A stretch of DNA of 64,000 bases. Origin: Anaerolineae bacterium. Lineage in GTDB: Bacteria > Chloroflexota > Anaerolineae > UBA1429. The DNA lies in the NCBI GenBank assembly GCA_963675785.1, contig OY776562.1, positions 224,001 to 288,000 of the forward strand, written 5' to 3'. The notes beneath the pieces are model-generated. The model had not been told where the DNA came from. It made no database searches and was given only the letters and a program-made list of their open reading frames with translations. This document shows, one piece after another, positions 9,737 to 20,087 of the stretch; the stretch's first letter is position 1; each line of letters opens with the position of its first letter. The translations under genes and the position numbers were made by a program.

Positions 9737-12700
9737 ATGGCGTTTTTGAACATGCCGCGAGATGCCACGGAGAGAAAAGTGCGATACACTGGCGATTCAT
9801 CCGGCGCTGATAGCCACCACTGGGCAGGGCTGAGCTACAGGTTAATAGTGGGCGCTACGGGATGGTGTTTGCTGTTGTATTTTGCCCTGACTATGGAATC
9901 TGGAATCAACTGGATTTCGGTGAGCTCTCTTTTTTTGCTTTCGCTGGGCATTAAGCGTTTGGGCGTCAAGGTTACATCCCAAGTTACCCACAGTCTGGTT
10001 GGCATGGTCGATCTGGCTGCGCTGATCTCTCTGGGTCCTGTGCAAGGGGGATTCGTTGCCGGTCTTAGCAGCTCCCTCTGTCTTTTGCTGGCGGATGAAC
10101 CAGTTTGTGATCACAGTTCTGGGGAGCTTGTTGTTTCCACACTTTTTTCAGGTGGGCTAAACATCCTAATGACTTTTGCCAGTGCCCAGGTTTATGCATG
10201 GCTAGGAGGTTCGATCGCTCCTTCTGTCATCGATGGTTCATTGCTTTTCCCCGCTCTTGGTGCATCGGCTGCCTGGTTCACTCTGGATCACATGGGCTGG
10301 TGTTTTTGTGAATTGTTCTCTTCAGGTACTCAAGCGACACGCCTCTTTTTACGAATCGTGCTTCCCTATTCACTGCTTATAGAATTCCTGCCGCTTCCTT
10401 TTGCCCTGGTTATCGTCTCTGGTGTACAGGCAGGCGGCATTCTTTTTGTGCTAATTTCATTGCTTGTCCTCGGCTTTGGCGCGGTCATTCGTGAATTATG
10501 GGCAGGTCTCGTGCGCTCCAGGCGGCATGTCAAAGAGCTCTCTGCCATCTCTTCATTAGGCGCCTCAATGCTCAAGGCACGTTTAGCTGTATCCGAGGTT
10601 TGCCTGTTGGTTTTCGAGCATTGCAAGCAGATTGTGGATACCCCCGTTTTTGTCATGCAGCTTGTCAATCCAGATTCTGACGATTTGGAGACACCCTTTT
10701 TTGCTGTGGCCGGTCGAGCTATCTCGGGCGAGGGAATGGATCTGGGACGTGGTGCCTTTGATATGATTAGCACCAAACTGCAGCCAGTTCTATATTCAGC
10801 GGCCGCTGGCCCAGGGTTAGTTCCGCTTCGCCTTGGCAAAGTCACTGCGAGCGCTTTGTACATCCCAATCATTCTCGATGGCATTTTGATGGGCGTCATC
10901 TCTTTACAAAGTCCTGAGGAAGGTGCTTATCGCAACGCTGATTTGGACGCACTTCAACTTTTGGCATCTCAGGCGGCCTTGGGCTTGCATTCGGCCCAAC
11001 TTTACGAGCATCAGCAAACTAGATCGGCTCAGCTTGTGGCCATTGCTCAGGTCAGCAGAAAAGTGGCGGCAATTCAGAATCTTGGCACGCTCTTTCAAGA
11101 CACCGTTCGTCTGATTGCGGACACATTCTCTTATTACCATGTCTCTATTTTGACGGCTGATGGAACAGCAAAGACCATCGAGTTCCAGGCTGCATCCAAT
11201 CCCTATATTCAGCGTCGCGGGCTTGCTGTTCTATGGGGGCGGGGCATTATGGGGTGTACGGCGGCTCAAGGAGAGACGATTCTTGCAAATGACGTTCGTC
11301 GCGAGAATCGTTTTCTTCCTGATAGCGCTTTGCCAGAGACGCGTTCCGAACTTGCTGTTCCCTTGAGAATTGAGGATCGTATTGTCGGCGTGCTTGATGC
11401 TCAGAGCAATGAGCTTGATGCCTTTACTGAAAATGATGTATTTGTTCTACAAACGTTAGCCGATCAGGTTGCAATCGCCATCGAAGATCGACGTTTGTAC
11501 GAGTCGCAGCGCGAACAGGCTTGGTCGACCATGGTGTTACAGCAGGTTACTGAGGCTGTTGGTCAATTGAATGATCCGACGGCTGTTTTGGACGCAGTCG
11601 CAGTGCTTGCTGTTCGGCTGGCTGGCTTTGGTCAATCTGTGGTCTATCTCTGGGATGATCAGAGGGATAGCTTTGTCATCGGGGCACTGTACGGTTGGGG
11701 GAGTAAGCTTGATCAACTTTACCAAGCGCAGCAGGCTGTAGATGAAAATGCCGCTTTGTTGGCTAGAACGCGCCAACACGGTGAATTAGCACTCTCTATA
11801 TCGTTAGGGCTGGATATGCCAGAACCACTGTCTCGTTTGGACATAGGGCAGAACGTTCTATTGCTACCAGTGGGATCGCAAGGTCGTGTAGATGGTGTAT
11901 TGGCTTTGTCTGGCCGCGGTCAAAGCCCTATTTTGCCGCGCCGCCGCACTTTGGCCGCAGATATTGCCAACCAGTGTGCTTTGGGTCTCGATAGCGCCCG
12001 GCTCTATTCATCACAGCAGGCAGATGCTTGGATATCGGCTGCTTTGCTTCAGGTGGCGGGTGTGCTAGGGGCGACCAATGATATCGACCAGGCATTGGAG
12101 CGAGTTGCGCGTGCCACAGTCCTTTTTTCAGGTGTATCCTGGTGTGGAATATTACAGTGGGATGCTGGAGCGAATCGATTTTCGCACTGCAGGGCTTTTG
12201 GTGCTATCTCTGGGCGTGCCCTCGACCATGCCAATCGCCTGGTATCCACTTCTGATGATGCAGCGCTAGATCCACTCATGGCTGGTGATGTTTTTGCTGT
12301 CAAAGCACCAGAGATTGGACATGCACTGGATGCAAATACGGCTATGGTTATTCCCTTGCGTGTACGCTCCAGGCTGTTGGGTGCGCTTGTAGTTGGTCAT
12401 GCTGCTGCTATTCCTCCTGTGGGGGCTCGGATCGCCGTCTTGCAGGGTGTTGCTGTTCAGGTGGCATCAGCCATGGAATCGGCTGAATTGTATCAAAGCA
12501 CCCTTCGTCAACAACGGTTAGAGCGTGAAATTGAGGTTGCCAGGGAAATTCAAGAGAGCTTTTTGCCCCATGCTTTCCCACAGATTGCTGGCTGGCAGAT
12601 CGCGGCCAAGTGGCGTGCGGCCAGAGGGGTGGGGGGTGACTTTTACGACTTTATCCATCTCGCTCCCAATCGCCTAGGCATCGTCATTGCGGATGTATCA

Positions 12701-13255
12701 GACAAGGGTGTTGCGGCAGCTTTGTATATGGCACTATCTCGCACAATCATCCGGGCTGCTGCCCAGGGTGCGCATTCTCCGGCTGAGACGTTGCGCCTGG
12801 CCAATCATCTTCTTGCTGACGAGAATGACACCGGCATGTTTGTGAGCCTTTTCTATGGCGTGTTGGATACGGATTCGGGGGTGTTCAAGTTTGCCCGTGC
12901 CGGTCACAATCCACCTTATGTGTGGCATGGTGCCGATTCGACCATCTCAGAGCTCTGCCCAAGGGGTGTTGTATTGGGCATAGTTGATGATCCTGTTTTT
13001 GAGGAAGATGCTATTGCTTTAGGGGCAAATGATACTGTACTTTTCTACACAGACGGCGTCATCGACGCGATCAATCTTTCGCAGCAAGATTTTGGTGAAG
13101 ATAGACTCAAATGGACGTTGGGTGAAACATCTGCTGCAGAATCGGCCAAGGAGTTAGCCCAACGTGTGGATAATTCGGTACAAGGTTTTTCTGCCGGAGC
13201 CGAGGTCTTTGATGACTTTACGTTGGTGGTTCTAAAGCGACTTGGGAGCAAATAA
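9737..13255 (+). CDS. Membrane-bound multi-GAF PP2C/SpoIIE phosphatase (RsbU-like)
   Basis: N-terminal multi-TM region, about four GAF domains, VGGDFYD, IADVSDKG, YTDGV and DDFTLVV motifs. Confidence 0.9.
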   Translation: MAFLNMPRDATERKVRYTGDSSGADSHHWAGLSYRLIVGATGWCLLLYFALTMESGINWISVSSLFLLSLGIKRLGVKVTSQVTHSLVGMVDLAALISLGPVQGGFVAGLSSSLCLLLADEPVCDHSSGELVVSTLFSGGLNILMTFASAQVYAWLGGSIAPSVIDGSLLFPALGASAAWFTLDHMGWCFCELFSSGTQATRLFLRIVLPYSLLIEFLPLPFALVIVSGVQAGGILFVLISLLVLGFGAVIRELWAGLVRSRRHVKELSAISSLGASMLKARLAVSEVCLLVFEHCKQIVDTPVFVMQLVNPDSDDLETPFFAVAGRAISGEGMDLGRGAFDMISTKLQPVLYSAAAGPGLVPLRLGKVTASALYIPIILDGILMGVISLQSPEEGAYRNADLDALQLLASQAALGLHSAQLYEHQQTRSAQLVAIAQVSRKVAAIQNLGTLFQDTVRLIADTFSYYHVSILTADGTAKTIEFQAASNPYIQRRGLAVLWGRGIMGCTAAQGETILANDVRRENRFLPDSALPETRSELAVPLRIEDRIVGVLDAQSNELDAFTENDVFVLQTLADQVAIAIEDRRLYESQREQAWSTMVLQQVTEAVGQLNDPTAVLDAVAVLAVRLAGFGQSVVYLWDDQRDSFVIGALYGWGSKLDQLYQAQQAVDENAALLARTRQHGELALSISLGLDMPEPLSRLDIGQNVLLLPVGSQGRVDGVLALSGRGQSPILPRRRTLAADIANQCALGLDSARLYSSQQADAWISAALLQVAGVLGATNDIDQALERVARATVLFSGVSWCGILQWDAGANRFSHCRAFGAISGRALDHANRLVSTSDDAALDPLMAGDVFAVKAPEIGHALDANTAMVIPLRVRSRLLGALVVGHAAAIPPVGARIAVLQGVAVQVASAMESAELYQSTLRQQRLEREIEVAREIQESFLPHAFPQIAGWQIAAKWRAARGVGGDFYDFIHLAPNRLGIVIADVSDKGVAAALYMALSRTIIRAAAQGAHSPAETLRLANHLLADENDTGMFVSLFYGVLDTDSGVFKFARAGHNPPYVWHGADSTISELCPRGVVLGIVDDPVFEEDAIALGANDTVLFYTDGVIDAINLSQQDFGEDRLKWTLGETSAAESAKELAQRVDNSVQGFSAGAEVFDDFTLVVLKRLGSK

Positions 13256-13276
13256 ATGTTGTGATGGGCAAATAAA

Positions 13277-13304
13277 AGAGGGGAGACGATATCGTCTCCC
13301 CTCT
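13277..13304. terminator. Bidirectional terminator (perfect 28-bp palindrome)
   Basis: AGAGGGGAGACGAT|ATCGTCTCCCCTCT between convergent genes. Confidence 0.8.
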
Positions 13305-13317
13305 AGTTTTATAGAGC

Positions 13318-14781
13318 CTATTTGTTCACGCCGTTGTATTCAGAATAGTTGTCGCCATAGTTTACACCATAGCTGGCATCTGTATCAGCACGGACCGAGT
13401 TGTTGGCCACACCGACGATGAGGTCTCCCTCGTCAGCGGTGACGACGACTGAACCGTTCCACTGCAGATACGGATCCGAGCCGGATACGGCGACATTCGG
13501 GGCGTACCACTGCACGCTGGCGCCCGAGGCAATGGTGGCGCTCACGGTAACGTCAGAATACCCCGAGGCTGAGAAGGTTGCGGTAACTGTTGCAGCGCTG
13601 CTGCCGACGTTCTGAATTTGGATACCACCACAATAACCATAGTAACGACTGGCTACCTGGCTAAAGAACACGGTATCGGTGGCTTCGCCTTCGAGGAAGG
13701 CATTGTACGTGGCGCCACGGCCTTCACTATTGGCAAGAGAACCAACGTAACCACGATAATCGATGTTGACCGTTGCCACGATAGGCTGGCCGCTAGATTC
13801 GACGACGGCAGAGCCGCTGCCCATCACGCCTGCAAGCTCGGCAACGTTAGCCAAAAAGAGTACGGCTGAAGCGCTGGGCTGAACATTCGCGACGGTCTGC
13901 ACATACTCTGACCCACCAAAGTTATAGGTGATGGTCAGGTTGGTGGCCGAAGTACCGACGTTCTGTACAGTCAAACCGCCCTCAAAGCCATAGTAGTTGC
14001 GGGCGATACGAGGCACATAGGCCGTAGTGGCACCAGAGGTAAAGGCGTTATAGCTCAAGAAAGCAGCTGTATCGGCTGTTGAACCTTCATTGAACAAGTT
14101 GGCGATACCGGCCAGTGGCTGGCTCGATGAAACGACAGCTGAACCCACCCAATTGCTAGCAAGGGCGCTGTTTTCGGCTTGACGGAAGATGTAGGTCGAA
14201 TAGGCGCTTACGTTCACTGTTTGCGCAGCAGCAGTTACTTCAGCACCATTGGACTTGGAGTAGTAGCGGATTGTAACGCTGGCTCCAGTACCAGAGGTGT
14301 TCTGTACAGCGACGTACGAGTTCCAGTTATAATAAGCCTTTTCAACCTGTGGAAAGTAGAGGGTGGTTGCCGGATCGAGCACACCAATGGACGTACCGAT
14401 ACGGTTAGGATCACTGGGCGATCCACCATGCGTCGTAGGTACCTGAGTGTTAACGTTGGCGGCTACAGGCACGTCCGAGGTAACGACGGCAGAACCGACA
14501 AAGTCATCGGGCAGATCAGTAACGGCCGACGGAATATACCAGGTTTGTGCTTTGCCAGCCTGGATCGTTGCTGTCACTGTGGCAGCTACCTGGCCAGCAA
14601 GGGTCTCGCCCTCAGCCCAGTAAAAAGTAATGGTGACATTGGCAGCCTCTGAATCACTCAGGTTCTGGATGGTGATACCAGAAACCCATGTGCCAGACTG
14701 GGCACTCATCGTTGCGCCAAATGCCAGTGCAATCACCAGCAAGAGGCTAACGAACAGGGTAATTTGCTTGGTGTGCTTCAT
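13318..14781 (-). CDS. Secreted four-repeat beta-rich surface protein (S-layer/sheath candidate)
   Basis: Signal peptide; four ~115-aa repeats sharing QN.(G/S)...A..T..Y/F and GS(A/V)VV motifs; S/T/A/G/V-rich. Confidence 0.7.
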   Translation of the reverse strand: MKHTKQITLFVSLLLVIALAFGATMSAQSGTWVSGITIQNLSDSEAANVTITFYWAEGETLAGQVAATVTATIQAGKAQTWYIPSAVTDLPDDFVGSAVVTSDVPVAANVNTQVPTTHGGSPSDPNRIGTSIGVLDPATTLYFPQVEKAYYNWNSYVAVQNTSGTGASVTIRYYSKSNGAEVTAAAQTVNVSAYSTYIFRQAENSALASNWVGSAVVSSSQPLAGIANLFNEGSTADTAAFLSYNAFTSGATTAYVPRIARNYYGFEGGLTVQNVGTSATNLTITYNFGGSEYVQTVANVQPSASAVLFLANVAELAGVMGSGSAVVESSGQPIVATVNIDYRGYVGSLANSEGRGATYNAFLEGEATDTVFFSQVASRYYGYCGGIQIQNVGSSAATVTATFSASGYSDVTVSATIASGASVQWYAPNVAVSGSDPYLQWNGSVVVTADEGDLIVGVANNSVRADTDASYGVNYGDNYSEYNGVNK

Positions 14782-14915
14782 ACCGCGCTCCTCTTGTAAT
14801 AAAAATGGAACCCAACTGTATTTAGGATAACATTTGAATTGAATGGGAACAATTGCCCGATAGGGTTAATTGGGCAACAAGTTGCTAAAGGCCTTCAAAA
14901 AAGAGAGTGTTTGGG

Positions 14916-15968
14916 CTAATCCTTTCGGGTGATTCGCACTAAATCCCCTGCCAGACGTTTGCCCATCAATGAGACGGTCGCCATGGCAATCAGATCTGCT
15001 AGGATCATGACGAGGCGTGAAGCGACAGCTGCGGCTGAGGCTATGGCTGTTGGCACAATGCTGCCCAACGTCGCAGCAAGAACGGCTTCGCGTACCCCTA
15101 ATCCCGCTGGGGCAAAAGGAGTAAAGCCTCCTACAGTTATTGAGAGAGGCAACGATACAGCGGCAAGCAGCCATTCGGGCGTTGTGAGATTTTGGAATGA
15201 CTGAACTAGAAAAGCATTTGCTGCTGAATTGACTGCCCAGGTGAGGGTCATGGCGATGCAGGTGAGCCAATAGCGTTTACGGCTAACAATGGGAAGCCAG
15301 CTGCTCAAACGCCGATTTGAACGCACGAAACCAAGGCGAGATATATATGGAATTGCAATGATAGCTACTAGCGCTAGTGAGGCAAGGGTAATGATAATCC
15401 ACTCGGGGATTCCGAGGGCTTCCGTTAGGATGCTCGTTGGCACCAAGGCGGCAGAAAGAAGCAGAGCGGTCAGGGTTTTGGTAGCAAGATCGAGCACTGT
15501 GGCAGAGCTTACCATTTTGAGATCAGGGCCTGTGCGTGAGGTCAGATAGGCGCGTCCTGCGACTTGCCAGGCACTGCCGGGTATGTATTTGCCTAATACT
15601 GCCATGGTATTGATCCAGATGGATGGGCCCAGTGGGCATTCTTGATTCATGCTCTTGAGGATCATGTGCCAAAGGACGCCCCCCAGCAGATTGCCAATGG
15701 TAAAGAGAATAAGAGCGACAGCCGCAAACTCCCACCGAAGGTCTTCAACCCAGGATAGATCTCGAAGAAGGGGAGCCATATTGCGACCAAGATAGTAAAG
15801 TGACAGGCCGATAATGATAATTCCGGCGACAATTGAGAGGCTTTTATGCCAGCTGTTTTTACATAGTCCCTGTTTTAAGTCGCTCCAGGTAGCATTCGTT
15901 GAATCTGTCTGATCGAAAAGGGTGTTCTTTGATTGCAAAGAGTTGTGCAACCACTTTTGGATTTTCAT
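14916..15968 (-). CDS. UPF0104 / lysylphosphatidylglycerol-synthase TM (flippase-like) protein
   Basis: Multi-TM; GKYIPGSAW and PAGLGVRE motifs; overlaps upstream GT gene by 4 nt. Confidence 0.8.
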   Translation of the reverse strand: MKIQKWLHNSLQSKNTLFDQTDSTNATWSDLKQGLCKNSWHKSLSIVAGIIIIGLSLYYLGRNMAPLLRDLSWVEDLRWEFAAVALILFTIGNLLGGVLWHMILKSMNQECPLGPSIWINTMAVLGKYIPGSAWQVAGRAYLTSRTGPDLKMVSSATVLDLATKTLTALLLSAALVPTSILTEALGIPEWIIITLASLALVAIIAIPYISRLGFVRSNRRLSSWLPIVSRKRYWLTCIAMTLTWAVNSAANAFLVQSFQNLTTPEWLLAAVSLPLSITVGGFTPFAPAGLGVREAVLAATLGSIVPTAIASAAAVASRLVMILADLIAMATVSLMGKRLAGDLVRITRKD

Positions 15969-17089
15969 GATTTTGCGATGCGTTCGTACAGTGCCAGAGT
16001 CGTCATGGCAGCCTTTGTTCTAGAAAAATTCGGGGCGATTTCTAGCCCACGTATCGAACGACTTGCGCGTTCTTGCGGATCAGTGATCACTGCTCGGATT
16101 TGCTGTGCCAGCTCACTGCTGCTGTGCGGATTTTCGATATACTGGGCTGCGTCTCCCATCAACTGTTCAACGGCACCAACTCGTGTCGAGATAACGGGAG
16201 CGCCACAAGCGGCCGCTTCCAGAGGTACCAGGCCGAATCCTTCATGTACAGAGATGAAGCAAAAGCATTCTGCACCGGTGTACAAAGCTGGCAAGTCCTT
16301 TTGCGGGACGGCACCAGTCAAAATAACCTGCCCGATTCCCTTGTTTTCCTCCAGAACCTGATCAAGTTCGGCATCGCCCTCTTTCCAATAGCGACGGCCC
16401 ACAAGGACAAGTGCCCCTGTGTAATCCCCTTCTTTTATCAGTCTGAAATAGGAGCGTGCCAACGTAGCAAGGTTCTTCTTGGCTGAAATACTACCCACAT
16501 GCAGGATATAGCGTTTGGGCAAGTTATACTGCTCGCGTACTTTTTGAACAAGAGGTACAGCAACAGGAGCAAAGACATCGCCGATGCCTTCGGGGATAAC
16601 AGCGATTCTACTGGGTGACAACTTGAAGAATTTGACCAGGTCGTTCGCAGTAAGCTGAGATACAGCGATAACGTGGCTGGCCGAGCGTACAGCCGATCTT
16701 TCAATCGTTTTCCAGTAAAGCACATCCATCCTGGGATAGATTTCCGGATGTTCCAGGATGGTTAGGTCATGAATGGTGACGATAGATGGACAGGGTGAGA
16801 AGCGGGTCATTAGGTTTTTGGTGTGATGGATGACACTGACCTTTTCTCGCTTTAGAAAGTATGGCCATGTGGACTGTGCCCACACCCTTGACTTGATGCG
16901 GCTTGCAGTAGGCGCGATGATCTGCCTGGTATTGCCTTGGTTGTTATCAAGTGAAGGTTCGGGCTGATCCAGAAAGATGAGGTACTCGTTTTGCTGATCA
17001 ATTTTGATAAGCGGTTCGAGCAAGTTTAGTGTGGCAGAGCGACCGCCTCCCGGATAGCTTATACCCAGGGCATCGATGGCAATGCGCAT
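15965..17089 (-). CDS. Glycosyltransferase family 4
   Basis: TIHDL, VIAVS..TA.D and EGFGLVPLEAAACG motifs. Confidence 0.92.
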   Translation of the reverse strand: MRIAIDALGISYPGGGRSATLNLLEPLIKIDQQNEYLIFLDQPEPSLDNNQGNTRQIIAPTASRIKSRVWAQSTWPYFLKREKVSVIHHTKNLMTRFSPCPSIVTIHDLTILEHPEIYPRMDVLYWKTIERSAVRSASHVIAVSQLTANDLVKFFKLSPSRIAVIPEGIGDVFAPVAVPLVQKVREQYNLPKRYILHVGSISAKKNLATLARSYFRLIKEGDYTGALVLVGRRYWKEGDAELDQVLEENKGIGQVILTGAVPQKDLPALYTGAECFCFISVHEGFGLVPLEAAACGAPVISTRVGAVEQLMGDAAQYIENPHSSSELAQQIRAVITDPQERASRSIRGLEIAPNFSRTKAAMTTLALYERIAKS

Positions 17090-17091
17090 GG

Positions 17092-17859
17092 CTAAATCTC
17101 CTCGGAATAGTTTGCTGGGTAATCAGGTTTGACAAGTATCCAGTTAAAGTTGGGCACTATTGGCAAAAAGAGATTCAAAAGAGGGCGTGGCAGTCGACTC
17201 AACCATCTCAGTTTGCCCATCTCATCCTCGGCATGGTACTGCTCAGGATCCTTGATCATGCGTATGGTATAGTCGTGAATCTCAAAGAGGTGAAGAGCCT
17301 TTCGCAAGGCCCAGAATCCACGACTGTGCACGTCATGAACACTACCTGGCTTGATATGTGTTAAAAGCCAGGCCGCGGATCTATCAGGGAGCCAGTGTAC
17401 AAAAGGCAGGTGGTAATGGTACTCGTAAGGGAACAGCCTGTTGGGACCGCTGAAAAAGCAGATACCGCCGGGACGCAAAACGCGCCAGATTTCGGCGAAC
17501 ATGGCAGTGGCGTTAGAGACATGCTCATAGACCTGGGCACTTATGACCACATCTACACTGCCATCCTTGATAGGCAGACGCGTCGCATCTCCGTGGACAA
17601 AGAGAGGATCCTCTTCTTCAGCAACGAGGGCACTGCTGTCATATTCCAGCCCAATGCTGGCCAGAAAGTGGGGGGCAAGGGCATGGGTAATATAGCCATA
17701 CGAACATCCTACATCGAGAAGGATGCTCTGTTCCAGAGGTTGTGGTGTTGCCTGTATCAGTGCTGCCATGATTTTAGCAGCCTTGCGCTCGCGCGCTTCT
17801 TTGTCGGCAAGTCGCTTGCTGGTGTTGTGGTAGGCAGGAGCGGTGTTAGCATGATTCAT
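17092..17859 (-). CDS. Class I SAM-dependent methyltransferase
   Basis: LLDVGCSYG, GDATRLP, QVYEHV, RVLRPGG. Confidence 0.9.
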   Translation of the reverse strand: MNHANTAPAYHNTSKRLADKEARERKAAKIMAALIQATPQPLEQSILLDVGCSYGYITHALAPHFLASIGLEYDSSALVAEEEDPLFVHGDATRLPIKDGSVDVVISAQVYEHVSNATAMFAEIWRVLRPGGICFFSGPNRLFPYEYHYHLPFVHWLPDRSAAWLLTHIKPGSVHDVHSRGFWALRKALHLFEIHDYTIRMIKDPEQYHAEDEMGKLRWLSRLPRPLLNLFLPIVPNFNWILVKPDYPANYSEEI

Positions 17860-19076
17860 GGGGCGACAACCTGTGTATAGATCGTGTTATATCGAGTGGC
17901 GATTTTCTCCCAGGAGAGGTTTTCAAGCGCAAATGCCCTGGCTTGATTGCCCAAAAGGGTAGCCTTCTTCTTGTCGCGCAAAAGTTCAATGAGAGAAACT
18001 ACAAGAGCTTTTTCATCTCGCGACTCTATGAGCAAGCCTGTCCGCTCGTTTGTGATTACAGAAGGTACGCCGCCAATCCGCGTAGCAACGATAGGGCATT
18101 CACTGGACATGGCTTCGAGCAAGACATTGGGCAAGCCATCGACGTTGCCATCGCGATCAATAACCGATGGCAGGACAAAGGCATCGCAGGCGGCATAGAA
18201 TCCTGGCGATTGCTCCCAACTGACGTGCCCTAAAAAGCGGACATGCTCAGCAACACCCAGTTCATAGGCTTGTGTTTCCAGTGCTCTACGCAGGTCGCCA
18301 TCGCCGCCAATCACACAGACGGCGTCAGGCATTTGCTCTAGAACAGAGGGCATGGCGTTTAGCAGCACGTCAAAACCTTTTTTGTGGACCAAGCGCCCTA
18401 TGGCGCCAATGATAGGCGTAGCTGTGTCGATGCCCCATGCTTTTCGTGTTACGGCTTCAAGAGTCGGAGTTCTGTTAAAACGAGCTGCGTCAACACCATA
18501 GGAGATAACCAGTCCCCCATCGAGGCCAATAGTCTGGGCGCGCGATAATAGATCCTGACTACAGGCCGTAACCTGGCGCGATCGAGCAAAAGCCATCCGC
18601 CCGGCCAGACGATAAAGTTTGGATTTCTCCATGACATATACATCAGAACCGTGCATGCTGATGACGAGAGGAATGTCGCACAATACACTGGCTATTGCAG
18701 CTATAGCCCCACTGGGTACAGCCCATTGCCCGTGGATGACATCAAAATGGTATTGTCGGTGCAGTTTGCGGACGGTGTGCAGTGCCTGCCAGATATAGGC
18801 AGGCATTCGCAACGGCACATTACCCTTCATGGTGCGATCTGCTTGGAGAGAGCGGCCGTGACCCACAATGTGCTGTTCGTCATGACGGGCATACCGAAAG
18901 CGGTGAACAATGACCCCCTGTTCATCCCTTGGTTCAACCGCAGGGTCCCATGGGGCTGCTACATGAACTTCATGTCCTTGTGCTGCGAGCTCTATAGCCA
19001 ACGAGGCAATGAAAGAACCAGCGCCGTCTCCGCTGTATCGAGGATAAGAAGAGCTCAGCATGCATACACGGGTCAT
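17856..19076 (-). CDS. Glycosyltransferase family 4
   Basis: HGSDV, GRLVHKKG, DGLPNVLLEAM. Confidence 0.92.
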   Translation of the reverse strand: MTRVCMLSSSYPRYSGDGAGSFIASLAIELAAQGHEVHVAAPWDPAVEPRDEQGVIVHRFRYARHDEQHIVGHGRSLQADRTMKGNVPLRMPAYIWQALHTVRKLHRQYHFDVIHGQWAVPSGAIAAIASVLCDIPLVISMHGSDVYVMEKSKLYRLAGRMAFARSRQVTACSQDLLSRAQTIGLDGGLVISYGVDAARFNRTPTLEAVTRKAWGIDTATPIIGAIGRLVHKKGFDVLLNAMPSVLEQMPDAVCVIGGDGDLRRALETQAYELGVAEHVRFLGHVSWEQSPGFYAACDAFVLPSVIDRDGNVDGLPNVLLEAMSSECPIVATRIGGVPSVITNERTGLLIESRDEKALVVSLIELLRDKKKATLLGNQARAFALENLSWEKIATRYNTIYTQVVAP

Positions 19077-19948
19077 CGCGTCCTTCTCACAACCAGGTCG
19101 CCCAGCAAACCAATGACTGCCATTTGCAATCCGGTGAAGAGCAAAATAAGAGTAGAGGGTGCAAAATGGAATGAGTAGGCAAAGATGTCATAGATGCCTT
19201 TGAGGAAACCTATCCCCAAAAAGAACAGGGCCATGGGCAAGAATATCCGCAGTGGGTTAAAATACATAACGGTGCGGATAACTTTTAGCACATAGCCATA
19301 GGTGTCTTTGATGGGATGAAAGGTGCTCTTGCCGATGCGCGCATTATATTCAATGGGAACCCATTCCACATCATAACCGCTGCTAAGAAAGGCCATGGTG
19401 ATTGTGCTCACCCAAGAGTGGCCCGTAGGCAGAATGTTAAAGAACTGGGGCACAAGATCGCGGTGAAAACCGCGAAGCCCCGAGTTAAGATCGGGGATTT
19501 TTGTTTCTGTGAGAAACGAGGCCAGCTTCCGAATCGAGTCTTTGGCAAAGGTTCTGAGGAATTTATGGGTGCCGGCTTCACGAACGCGTGCACCAATGAT
19601 CATATCGCATTCATCAAGCCGTTCGACCATCTCAGGGACCGTGTCACAGGGATAAGTACCATCCGCGTCGGTCATCAATACATAGGCACCTTTTGCCTCG
19701 GTGACGCCTGTGTTTCTGGCGGCGCCCACGCCGCGATTCTTGCGATGGGTGATCACGCGAATGCGTGGATCAATGCCTTCGCAAGCTTGCCCCGTGCCAT
19801 CTGTAGAACCATCATCTACGACAATGATCTCAAAGGGGCGGCCTATTCGATTCATCGCGGTTAATACTTCTTCAAGCACTGAACGTATGGCTGCCTCTTC
19901 ATTATAGGCGGGGATAACCATGCTGACTGCGATTGGCTCGTTGTCCAT
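19073..19948 (-). CDS. Glycosyltransferase family 2 (polyprenol-phosphate glycosyltransferase-like)
   Basis: VIPAYNEE, VDDGSTD and DADG motifs; two C-terminal TM helices. Confidence 0.92.
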   Translation of the reverse strand: MDNEPIAVSMVIPAYNEEAAIRSVLEEVLTAMNRIGRPFEIIVVDDGSTDGTGQACEGIDPRIRVITHRKNRGVGAARNTGVTEAKGAYVLMTDADGTYPCDTVPEMVERLDECDMIIGARVREAGTHKFLRTFAKDSIRKLASFLTETKIPDLNSGLRGFHRDLVPQFFNILPTGHSWVSTITMAFLSSGYDVEWVPIEYNARIGKSTFHPIKDTYGYVLKVIRTVMYFNPLRIFLPMALFFLGIGFLKGIYDIFAYSFHFAPSTLILLFTGLQMAVIGLLGDLVVRRTR

Positions 19949-20087
19949 TCGTCATACTCCAAAATCGGGAATAGGTTCAGCGACATGCTTGGGTTCGTGC
20001 TTGGCCCAATGGGCCCTTTACGCTATACTGCCCTTATTGGCTGAAAACAGTCTGAATATATCCATGGGATTGCCGACGGAGCAGTTG

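Noticed and set aside
13277-13304. Perfect palindromes (also 23134-23157) as REP or CRISPR units
   Set aside because: Single, mutually unrelated sequences at gene ends; best explained as terminators
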